64,000 bases of DNA from an uncultured delta proteobacterium (lineage in GTDB: Bacteria; Desulfobacterota; Zymogenia; Zymogenales; Zymogenaceae): assembly GCA_963792965.1 (NCBI GenBank), contig CAWBYW010000030.1:81452-145451 (forward strand), in the 5' to 3' direction. Positions 55,115-64,000 of the stretch are shown in pieces. How positions within the stretch are numbered: position 1 is the stretch's first letter; every line of letters begins with the position of its first letter. The translations under genes and the position numbers were made by a program. Below the pieces are notes generated by a model that made no database searches, had not been told where the DNA came from, and worked only from the letters and a program-made list of their open reading frames with translations.

Positions 55115-55143
55115 TTGACAAAGTGAATATTGTTTACTATGAT
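55115..55143 (+). promoter_or_regulatory. sigma70 promoter with palindromic operator in the spacer
   Basis: TTGACA-17 nt-TATGAT; spacer contains GTGAATA-T-TGTTTAC. Confidence 0.75.
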
Positions 55144-55274
55144 ACCAAAGGTCTTGCCCTGACGGAACACGTCTATTCCCGGGATCCTTGCGTGTCCTCT
55201 TGAGGGCGTCTTTTTATCGGGCTCACGCTCGATCATCGCGGTTCTCATCGCTTTCCCGCGGGGAGTAGGAGTTC

Positions 55275-55895
55275 ATGGCCGGCCTCACCTTTGACGACCT
55301 CAAGGAACAGGAACGGGAAGCCCGCAAGGAGCTGATCGTTCGCGTGACGCAGAGGCTCCTCTCCGAAAAGAATTTCAAGAGTGTCACTATCCGGGATATC
55401 GCGGAAAACGTCGGGGTGAGCCCCGCGACCCTCTACCGTTACTACGAGAGCCTCGACGAGATATTCCTTGCCGTCTTCTATTGGGGCACGCAGGAAATCG
55501 TCGACCTGATCGGGCGCGAATGCACCAACGAAAAGAAATGCACGATCAGGAGGCTTGCCGAGGTCTATATCGCCTACCTCAACCAGAACCCGTCCTATTT
55601 CCAGATGATGAGCCTCTTCATGCCGCGGGGCATGCTCTCCGACGAAAACGAAAAGATTTTCAGCCCCGTGATGAAAAGGCTCCTTGAGCTCATCGAAGAG
55701 GTGATCACGAGCGCGGGCTATCAGGGAGACACGAAGCTGATGTCTCACGCCCTCTTCTCGGCACTGAACGGCATCATGACCACCTACGCCCAGAACCCGG
55801 GGATGAGCCTGGACGAGATCAGAAAGTACACGGTGATCCTGGCGGGATTTATCGCCGACTTCTTCGAGATGGGCGCAAAGCGGGGCTACTACTGA
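55275..55895 (+). CDS. TetR/AcrR family regulator
   Basis: TIRDIAENVGVSPATLYRYY helix-turn-helix. Confidence 0.93.
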   Translation: MAGLTFDDLKEQEREARKELIVRVTQRLLSEKNFKSVTIRDIAENVGVSPATLYRYYESLDEIFLAVFYWGTQEIVDLIGRECTNEKKCTIRRLAEVYIAYLNQNPSYFQMMSLFMPRGMLSDENEKIFSPVMKRLLELIEEVITSAGYQGDTKLMSHALFSALNGIMTTYAQNPGMSLDEIRKYTVILAGFIADFFEMGAKRGYY

Positions 55896-56076
55896 TATCC
55901 TTCCCGCGTGGAGCTCGGCATGACCGGCCGCCTTCCGGAGGGCCTCACGAAAAAGTACACGGGAGCATCCATGCTCTCGGCGATTCCTTTGTCGTCCCGG
56001 TCACTTTATCGTCGTCTCTTCTCGGGTTTTCGGATTGAACGTTCTCTCGGAATACGATACGGAGTCTCATCTACCG

Positions 56077-57780
56077 ATGCCGGAAGAATATGATGTCATA
56101 GTTATCGGATCGGGCTTTGCCGGCCCCGTGGCGGCAAGAAAATGCGCACGTCATGGTCTCAAAACCCTCATGATCGAGAGGTCCGAGAGCGTCGGCGAAA
56201 AAGTCATCTCAGGCCTCACGATTCCCATCTACGGGTTCCTGTTCGGTCCCGATTATATCCGGGACGGCAATCCGCCGATCGAGAGGCCGGCGGACGGCAT
56301 TATCAACTATATCGTGAAGGATATCGACACCGGCGATATCGAGATTGACGACACCCTCAAAATCCCCCGGCCCTTCTCGCCGGTTGTGGCATTCGGCTAC
56401 AACGCCTACTGCATGGACTTCTGTCAATGGGAAGCAAGAAGGGCGGTCGAGGCGGGCGCCGAGCTCCTGACATCCACCACCGTGATCGATCTGATCGACC
56501 AGGACGGTTCTGTGAGAGGCGTGATCATCGAGGACGGCCGCCGGCTGCGATCTAAAATCGTCATAGACGCGGAGGGCAGCCAGGGGCTCGTGGCCGTCAA
56601 GGCGGGCGTCAGGAAAAAATACCCGCCCGAGGCGATCTCCCTTGCCGACACCTATGACTACGTGATGCCGAAGGACAAGATCGACGAGCTATTCGGACAT
56701 TCCATCCGCTTCTGCTGGGGATGGGACGAGCAGAAGATCGCCCCGCCGCTCGGGTACGGGAACGGCCTCATGGTCTGGCCCTACCGCGAAAGCGTCCATT
56801 TCATGCAGGACCAGTGCCTGAGGCTCGAGGGAAAGCGGGTGGTAAACCTCAGGAAGGCGTTTGACGAGTACCACGAAAGGATTACCACGAAACTTCCCTG
56901 GTGGAAGGACCGGGTCGCCCCGAGCATAAGCCTCAGGGCGCGGATGTGGGAAGGGTTTGAGATATTCGTGGGCCTGGACGACGAGCTTCGCGCCCTCCCG
57001 AATCATGCAGACGGCGTGATCCTGATCGGGGACACGGCGGGCCTTGAGAGCACGGAGCTGTGCGACGGGGTCCCGGCCGCGTGGTTTTCCGCCGATATCG
57101 CCGCCGACGTGGCGATAAAGGCCGTAAGGGCCGGCGACACGTCGCGGGCGTTCCTGAAGAGATATGACAGGGAGATAAAAAGGCATCCGATCATCCAGTG
57201 GTCAATCAGGGCGACAAACCGATACAACCTGAGGAAGGCGCAGAAAAGCCACGACGAAAAGGAGCTGAAGAGATACATTCACCACGGCTGGGGCATGGGG
57301 GCGCTCGCGCAGGTGAGCACGCCCCTGATGAGAACGCTCCTTCTTTCGCTGGTGAAAAACCCTCGCGTTATCACGTCCTGGATACGGATGTTCTTTCGTT
57401 ACTACTACAATTGGCATCACGGGCACTTTGATGACGATCGGATAAGGACGGTCCCCGGGAAATCATATCCGATCAGGAAAGCGGCTAATGGAAAGGCCTT
57501 TGCGGTTTTGATGCGCGCACTGGACATACTTCTGTTCGTCTTCGACCCCCTCGTGAGGATGGTCGCGCTGGTGGCGATACCGCTGTCGTGGTTAGCCAAT
57601 CCATTGGCACGGGTCTCCCTTCCTGTCCTGGAACCGATCTACGCACGGCTCCTGGGTGCGACCGAGGACGCCTCGGATCGCTTAAGCAAGAGACTCGTGG
57701 CCTTCACGGTGGGTGCGGACCCTTCGGTATTTGACGCGCCGACCAGGAAAGGGAAAAAGCGAGATGGATCAGACAAATAA
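56077..57780 (+). CDS. FixC/geranylgeranyl reductase-like FAD oxidoreductase with hydrophobic C-terminal extension
   Basis: YDVIVIGSGFAG, VIDAEG, ILIGDTAG. Confidence 0.85.
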   Translation: MPEEYDVIVIGSGFAGPVAARKCARHGLKTLMIERSESVGEKVISGLTIPIYGFLFGPDYIRDGNPPIERPADGIINYIVKDIDTGDIEIDDTLKIPRPFSPVVAFGYNAYCMDFCQWEARRAVEAGAELLTSTTVIDLIDQDGSVRGVIIEDGRRLRSKIVIDAEGSQGLVAVKAGVRKKYPPEAISLADTYDYVMPKDKIDELFGHSIRFCWGWDEQKIAPPLGYGNGLMVWPYRESVHFMQDQCLRLEGKRVVNLRKAFDEYHERITTKLPWWKDRVAPSISLRARMWEGFEIFVGLDDELRALPNHADGVILIGDTAGLESTELCDGVPAAWFSADIAADVAIKAVRAGDTSRAFLKRYDREIKRHPIIQWSIRATNRYNLRKAQKSHDEKELKRYIHHGWGMGALAQVSTPLMRTLLLSLVKNPRVITSWIRMFFRYYYNWHHGHFDDDRIRTVPGKSYPIRKAANGKAFAVLMRALDILLFVFDPLVRMVALVAIPLSWLANPLARVSLPVLEPIYARLLGATEDASDRLSKRLVAFTVGADPSVFDAPTRKGKKRDGSDK

Positions 57781-58033
57781 TAGACTGCCGGGTGTCCAGT
57801 GGGTAGGAGGAACGGGCGATTTCATCCGAATAGACGGCGAAAAGTGCACCGGCTGCGGCGACTGCGCGAAGGTTTGCCTGGCGGGATGCTTTGGAATCGA
57901 AAAACGAAAGGCCTTCGTCAAAGGCCTCGATCAGTGTATGGAGTGCGCCTCCTGCTGGTACGTCTGCGAACAGGAGGCGATACTCTTTTCATGGCCGAAG
58001 GGCGGAACCGGCTTCAAGACGAGATTCGGATAG
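57764..58033 (+). CDS. ferredoxin (FixX-like)
   Basis: CTGCGDCAKVC, CMECASCWYVC, WPKGGTG...FG; overlaps the upstream stop. Confidence 0.87.
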   Translation: MDQTNNRLPGVQWVGGTGDFIRIDGEKCTGCGDCAKVCLAGCFGIEKRKAFVKGLDQCMECASCWYVCEQEAILFSWPKGGTGFKTRFG

Positions 58034-58116
58034 CCGGATCGCCGATTCGCTTCCCCGCCGACATCCTTGGCTGCCGATTACCTTCAATCCGCTTCCGGAC
58101 ACGTATCAGAGCCTTC

Positions 58117-58877
58117 TCATGACTCCTTCTTGGGCACTTTCATTGCCGTGATCATGAACGCCTGATTCCGGTTCTCCAGTTGGAGCGCCTGCTCCAGCGA
58201 CGCGCCGTCGAGATTCATGTTGATGGCCTCTTTCGTCATCCAGAGGCCCACCGGGTTCTTGCTCACCATCTTCTGGGCGATCTCGCGGGCCGTCTCCATC
58301 AGCTTATCTTTCTCGACGATCCGGCTGACGAACCCGAGCTCTTTGGCCTCCTGGGCGGACATAAAATCGCCGGTGAGGAGGAACTCATAGGCCCTCCCCG
58401 TGCCGATGAGCTTGGGAAGGAAGAAGCTGCTGCAGAGGTCGGCCCCGCCCAGCCCGATGTTGATGTAGGCCGCGTTGAAGCGCGCCTGCGGCGTGACGAC
58501 CCTGACGTCGGCGGCCATGGCGAAGCTGAAACCCGCCCCCGCCGCCGCCCCGTGGACCGCGGCGATAATCGGCTGGGGATCCTCCTCATCTTATAGAAGA
58601 GGAGCGACGTGCGCGTCTGGTAATAGTATATGAGATCCGCCGACAGCTCGAAGAGCTGGGCGGCGGCCTCCTTCATGTCGAGGCCCGCGCAAAATCCCTT
58701 TTCGCCCGCGCCGGTCAGGATGATCACCCGGATATCATGGTTGTGATAGAGCTTTTCCAGGAGGTCTTCCATCTCCTCGATCATCGCCCGGTTCATGGCG
58801 TTGACCTTTTCGGGTCTGTTGAGGGTTACGACGCCGATCGGCCCCTCGCTCGTAAACGTAATTGCGCTGTATTCCAT
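58117..58877 (-). CDS. enoyl-CoA hydratase/isomerase (frameshift ~58578)
   Basis: LNRPEKVNA, FCAGLD, AAVHGAAAGAGF, LPKLIG...E.LLTG. Confidence 0.9.
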
Positions 58878-58905
58878 CGTAGTCCCCCCAAAGCGGCAGG
58901 TGGTG

Positions 58906-60712
58906 TTAATCGTCAAAAAACTCGGCCTTCATCGATACCGTCAACCCGTCACCGGTCATGAGACGGTGGGCCAGTCCCTCGATCTTCGGCAGCTCATAGC
59001 CGAAGAAATATCTGAAGGCATACATCTTGCCCGTATAGAAGGTCTGGTCGGATTCGTTTACCTTTTTCTTGAGCGCATCCTGGACGGCAAGGGCCTGAAG
59101 GAGCCACTGCCAGGCGATGGTGATAATACCGAAGAACTCGAGGAAGAGCGTCGAGTCGGCAAGGAAAAGATCGATGTTGCCGCCAGTCGCGATGCCGACG
59201 AGATGGCCGACGACCTCCTTGAGCCGTTCGATCGCCTTCTTGAGCTCCTGGGCGGAGGGAGCCAGCTCGGGGTTTGACTCGGCCTTCTTGATCGCGGCGT
59301 CCACCTCTTCCAGGAAGAGGATGAGGGCCTTCCCGTTTTTCATGACGACGTTTCTTCCCAGAAGGGTGAGCCCCTGTATCCCCGTCGTCCCCTCGTGGAT
59401 CGGATGGATACGCGCGTCCCGGTAGTACTGCTCGATGGGGAACTCGTCGCAGTAGCCGTATCCCCCGAGGCACTGGAGCGCCTGGCTGACCGAGACGATC
59501 CCCATCTCCGAGGGATAGCTTTTGGCCACCGGCGTCAGGAGGTCCAGGAGCAGCGAATACCGTTCTTTCTGTTCTCCCTCGTGGACATCCATGAGGTCGC
59601 TGTAGAGCGTGCACTGAAGCAATAGCGAGAGCGAGCCCTCGACGACGGCCCGCTGGAAGAGCAGCATCCTCTTGACGTCCGCATGCTCGATGATGGGGAT
59701 CTGGGGCTTGGTGGGGTCCTTGGAGGTGATGACGCGGCCCTGGGGACGGTCTTTCGTATACTCGAAGCGACGTATAGTAGGCGGCCGACGCGATGGCCGT
59801 GGCCCCGAGGCCGACCTCGATGCGCGCCTCGTTCATCATCTGGAACATGTAAGAGAGCCCCCGGTGCGGCTCTCCGACGAGCCACCCGCGGCAGTCGCCG
59901 TTTTCCCCAAATGAAAGCTGCGTAATGGGGCACCCCCGGTAGCCGAGCTTATGATAGATCCCCATCACTTCCACGTCATTGGGGACCAGCTTTCCGTCGT
60001 CACCGATGCGCAGCTTCGGCACGATGAAAAGGGAAATCCCCTTCAGGCCGGCCGGCCCGCCCTCGATCTTCGCCAGCATCAGGTTGACGACGTTCTCGAC
60101 GCTGTCGTGGTCGGCCGCCGAAATGAATATCTTCTGCCCCCTGATCAGGTAGTATCCCTTGTCGGTGGGCACGGCGGTCGTGGTGATGTCGCCCAGCGAG
60201 CTTCCGGCCTGGGGCTCCGTGAGGGCCATGGTCCCCTGCCATTTTCCCGAAAAGAGCCTCGGGATATAGGTCTCCTTTTGTTCGGACGACCCGAAGGATT
60301 CGATCAGGTGGGCCGCGCCCATGTTGAGACCCGGGTAGCTGCTGGCCGAATAGTTGGCCGCGCCGAAGATAAACGTCGGGAGGAGCCCCACCGTGATGGG
60401 AAGCTCCTGTCCTCCCAGGTCAGCGGAGGCGATCGCCGAAATCCATCCTCCCTCGCCGCACTCCCGCATCAGCTTCCCGACGGCCGGATGCACTTTCACG
60501 TGCCCGTCTTCGAAACAGGGCGGGTTCTTGTCCATCTCTTCGAAGCACGGGCGCAGGAGATTATTTCCGATTTTCATCGCGGTGTCGATAACCATATCGA
60601 ACACCTCCGGCGAGTGCTGGGCGTATCGCGGATACTTGAGGATCGACGGCGCGTCGAAGACGTCATACAATAGGAACTTAAGGTTTTTCTCGCTCAAGAA
60701 CTTGGCTGCCAT
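58906..60712 (-). CDS. acyl-CoA dehydrogenase (frameshifted ~59765)
   Basis: GTMALTEPQAGS, GQKIFIS, MMNEAR; LGGYGY and HEGTTGIQ in the second frame. Confidence 0.93.
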
Positions 60713-60749
60713 ACTTTTATTCCCCGAAATGGTAGTTCAAACGGGCGTC

Positions 60750-60778
60750 ACTATAGCAGACTCACAAAGTAATTTCAA
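60750..60778 (-). promoter_or_regulatory. sigma70-like promoter
   Basis: TTGAAA-17 nt-TATAGT with extended TG. Confidence 0.6.
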
Positions 60779-61056
60779 CGCAAATCATCCGCTCTATGTG
60801 ATTCGACGCGCAAAAACATGGGGCGTCAGCCTCCTTTCACGAAGTCCTGCAAGCGCTCTTTTCGGTCGCATGGGCCACCATGAGAATTGGTAAAAGAGAG
60901 ACCGACGCGGTTTGGGTAGCTGCCGGTGAACTCTGAGGACTTCATACTCCAGGAGTCTACGGTGGACACTTCATGCATCCAGGCCGTGTCGATGTCAAGC
61001 CGATTCGGAAAGGCAGGCGCCCCATCAAGAGATAAGCGAAAAAGACCATTTTTCTC

Positions 61057-61095
61057 TTGACATATATATCAGATTGATATATATCATACTATAAT
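61057..61095 (+). promoter_or_regulatory. promoter overlapped by a perfect inverted repeat
   Basis: TTGACA, then ATATATATCA-GAT-TGATATATAT (61062-61084), then TATAAT. Confidence 0.7.
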
Positions 61096-61235
61096 AGTAT
61101 TTCAGCAAAAAGCGGCTGCGAAGCGAGCGGCCTAATCTGTGGCGTATGGCGTTTCGCGTCAAGCCCGTCGGACCGGCGAGGCCGGCAAAAGCTCGAGGCT
61201 AATGGGGCTATAAGTCGACAAAGGAGGATTACACG

Positions 61236-62314
61236 ATGACTGAAAATGCATATTACCGGCTTGCTAGGGTGCTCGACACCCTTCCGAGCGGGTTCCCGGC
61301 CACCGCCGACGGCCTGGAGATCAGGCTGCTGCAAAAGATATTCACCCCTAAGGAGGCCGATCTTTGCTGCGATCTGCGCATGACGCTCGAGACGGCTCAG
61401 CAGATCGCCCAGCGCACGGGACGCGAACTCGAGGGGATAGAGGACCTCCTCAGTGGGATGTGGCACAAGGGGCAGCTCTTCGGCATCGATTTCGGCGGCA
61501 CAAAGGTGTTCCGGCTGCTTCCCTGGATCTGGGGCATCTATGAATTTCAGGTGAAGCGTATGGATCGCGAGTTATCCCAGCTGTGCGCCGACTATTATAA
61601 GGTTTTCGGCCCGCAGTTCTTCGGAAACGAGCCGCCCTATCCGCGGGTGATCCCCTTGGAGGAGGCGATCACGGCTAAAAAGGAGGCCCTTCCCTACGAG
61701 CTGGTCTCCCAATTCATCGAGCGGTCTCAGTCCTTCGCGGTGGAGCCTGCATCTGCAAAAAGGAGATGCGGCTCATGGGCAAGGGCTGCGACAATCCCGA
61801 AGAGGTCTGCCTGGCGCTCGCGCCGGTGCCCGGGGCCTTCGATAACTATCCCTGGGGCAGGCCCATATCACGGGAGGAGGCCTTCGCCGTCCTTAAACGG
61901 TCCGAGGAGGCCGGCCTTGTCCATACGACCTCCAACGTGCAGACCGGGCATTTGTTCATCTGCAACTGCTGTGGGTGCTGCTGTGGTTTCCTGCGCGCCG
62001 TCAACGAACTGGGTATTGAGGGCTCGATCGATTCCAGCTACTACGCACAGATCGATGCGGATGCCTGCAGCGGGTGCGGGCTGTGTAAGGACGAGCGGTG
62101 CCAGGTGAGGGCGATCGAGGAGCATGGCCAGACCTACGAGGTGATCGGCTCACGATGCATCGGGTGCGGCCTTTGCGTGAGCACCTGCCCGACTGAGGCC
62201 ATCCGCCTGATCCGTAAATCGCCGGAGAGGCTTACCCCGACACCTATGGATGAAGCCGCCTGGAATGAGGAGCGCGCAAAACACCGAAACGTCGACTTCA
62301 CCGTACACAAATAG
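61236..62314 (+). CDS. 4Fe-4S dicluster protein (frameshift ~61745)
   Basis: GIYEFQ; CICKKE after reframing; FICNCCGCCCGFL, CSGCGLC...C, CIGCGLCVSTCP. Confidence 0.88.
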
Positions 62315-62509
62315 TCGTCCGACACTGGTCCGGGCGCACTGCACGCGTTTTCGGAACGTCAGTATGCCGCGCCTTCTTCGTTATAGCGTAAAAGAACCGG
62401 ATACTGGGGCCGGGTAGGTACGACGATCGGAGCACGCGGGCCGCCTCCTCGTGCCGGCTCCGTTCGGCACATCGATGTCGACACGGTGAGGGCAACGCGG
62501 ACGGCTACG

Positions 62510-62548
62510 AAAAAAGAAAGGGGATTAGATACTACTCTAATCCCCTCT
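62510..62548 (-). terminator. intrinsic terminator
   Basis: AGGGGATTAGA-TACTAC-TCTAATCCCCT; U-tract on the minus strand. Confidence 0.75.
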
Positions 62549-62582
62549 TATTTGCGGATTGGTCGAGCCAACCCGGATCGGT

Positions 62583-62990
62583 CTAATACTCGACCATCGG
62601 TGGAAGCTTCTTGGCGTGGGCAATCCATTTGTCTACGTCCTTAACGGACGGGAGCTTCCTGACGAGTTTCTTCTTCTCGTTAACCTCCTTCATCTTTTGC
62701 CAGAGGGCGTCCGCTCTCCTGTTCCTGAGCTCCTTGACGGTATCGACGCCCGCTTCCTCCAGCAGGTCCGAGTACTGTTCTCCCACGCCTTTGACGCGAA
62801 ACAGGTCGGCGAGGTTGACCCATTCGAGGATGAGCTTGTGGCCGATCCCGGTCTTTTCTTCCAGCTCCTTTCTTCCCTTCGCGGTCTTTCCCCGCTCGAG
62901 GAGCCTCGCGGTCGTTTTGATACCCGCCGCATTCAGTTTCTTCGTGTAGGCCGGGCCGATCCCTTCGATATCCTTAATTGACGGTGACAT
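62583..62990 (-). CDS. DUF4332 helix-hairpin-helix protein
   Basis: IEGIGP, WVNLADLFRVKGVGEQYSDLLEEAGVDTVKEL. Confidence 0.9.
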   Translation of the reverse strand: MSPSIKDIEGIGPAYTKKLNAAGIKTTARLLERGKTAKGRKELEEKTGIGHKLILEWVNLADLFRVKGVGEQYSDLLEEAGVDTVKELRNRRADALWQKMKEVNEKKKLVRKLPSVKDVDKWIAHAKKLPPMVEY

Positions 62991-63314
62991 AGTGCCCCTC
63001 CTGAAGAATGGTTAAGATCATCTGTATAAATATGGCATAAGCCTATTTTACGTTGTTACAAAAGTCAAGGACTATTATCGAGCAGAAAATCGCCTATCGA
63101 TATCTCGTCGGTAACGGTAATGGAGGGAAATCTGGCGCTTACCCTGAACGCCCCGATAGGACCGGCCGTTTCCCGCGACGACCAAAGCAGGCCTTCTTCT
63201 TTCGAAATAGAAAGGCGATGGGGCCACGCCCCATCGCCATCTCCGTTAGTAGTAATGTGACCGTTTGCCCACGGCCAGCCCCAGCGGACATCACAGGGTC
63301 GTCTGTCTGCCGCT

Positions 63315-64000
63315 TTACCGTCGGCTTTTAATAAATGCCGTCGCTTTCGTCTTGATGTCCTCCATGATCAGATACAGGCACGGTACTAAGAACAGCGACA
63401 GCAGCGTCGAGAAGAGCACTCCCCAGAACATCGTAATGGCCATCGGCGCTAGATACGGCTCTTCACCCCCGAGCCCGAAGGCCATGGGGAAGACCCCCAA
63501 CAGGGTAGTGAGCGTGGTCAACACGATGGGGCGCAGCCGGACTTTTCGGGACTCGAGGACCGCCTGATAGGTTGAGGCTCCCTGCTTCCTGGCCCGGTTT
63601 ATGAAATCGACCAGAAGGGTCGTATCGTTCACGACCACGCCCAGGAGCGCGATGATTCCGATGACCGCGTTCATCGAAAGGTCTATGCCCATGATGAAAA
63701 GGCCGAAGATCACGCCGACAAAGGCATAGGGGATGGCCATCATGATGATGAATGGTTGCGTGGCCGACCTGTACAGGATCATAAGGCTGCCGTAGATGAT
63801 GCCCAGCGCCAGGAGAAAGGATTGCACCAGATTTTTCAAGGACTCCTGAGTATCCTCGAATTCCCCTGAGTATACGAAAATATAGCCGGGATGGGTCTTG
63901 CTGGATGTGCCGAATTTTTCCATCAGGGCCTTGTTGACCTCCGGCGACGTGGTTTCTCCCCGTATGACGTCGGCGGAGACGGTAATCGTCCTCTTGCAAC
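63315..64000 (-). CDS. RND (AcrB-family) efflux permease, C-terminal part
   Basis: QPFIIMMAIP, LGVVVND, RLRPIVLTTLTT, PMAI. Confidence 0.92.
   Translation of the reverse strand, partial: CKRTITVSADVIRGETTSPEVNKALMEKFGTSSKTHPGYIFVYSGEFEDTQESLKNLVQSFLLALGIIYGSLMILYRSATQPFIIMMAIPYAFVGVIFGLFIMGIDLSMNAVIGIIALLGVVVNDTTLLVDFINRARKQGASTYQAVLESRKVRLRPIVLTTLTTLLGVFPMAFGLGGEEPYLAPMAITMFWGVLFSTLLSLFLVPCLYLIMEDIKTKATAFIKSRR

Noticed and set aside
60935-60985. Imperfect direct repeat ACTTCATACTCCAGG / ACTTCATGCATCCAGG
   Set aside because: There are only two short degenerate copies and no cas genes, so it is not a CRISPR array.
48338-62314. Selenocysteine or pyrrolysine readthrough in the redox genes
   Set aside because: The breaks I examined resolve as frame changes, not in-frame TGA or TAG codons.

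Overview
GC-rich bacterial chromosomal DNA. Gene content and order (rpsB-tsf-pyrH-frr-uppS-cdsA; pgpA-cinA-thpR-recA-pilT-recX-alaS; a Dif-like che cluster) suggest an anaerobic deltaproteobacterium (Desulfobacterota-like; inference). I found no tRNA, rRNA, CRISPR array, IS element or integrase. At least 12 genes carry single-base frameshifts, including essential alaS, which most likely reflects long-read assembly error. Main points of interest: (1) a ~16-kb tightly packed minus-strand run behind one sigma70-like promoter that joins an MglA/MglB-type small GTPase/roadblock pair, a Dif-like chemosensory system (REC-less CheB, half-degenerate CheC), larB/larC, a REC-GAF-HD-GYP phosphodiesterase and the recA-pilT block; (2) a CoA-ester catabolic island with one beta-like and two tandem alpha-like 2-hydroxyacyl-CoA dehydratase subunits, no activator, and a candidate TetR operator; (3) an exported CHAT domain lacking its catalytic Cys; (4) SecA with a Bacteroidota-like PPXD insertion; (5) an SDR gene whose only plausible start is ATT; (6) an AT-rich, CTAG-rich orphan downstream of alaS. 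All calls come from motif recognition by eye; no searches were run.
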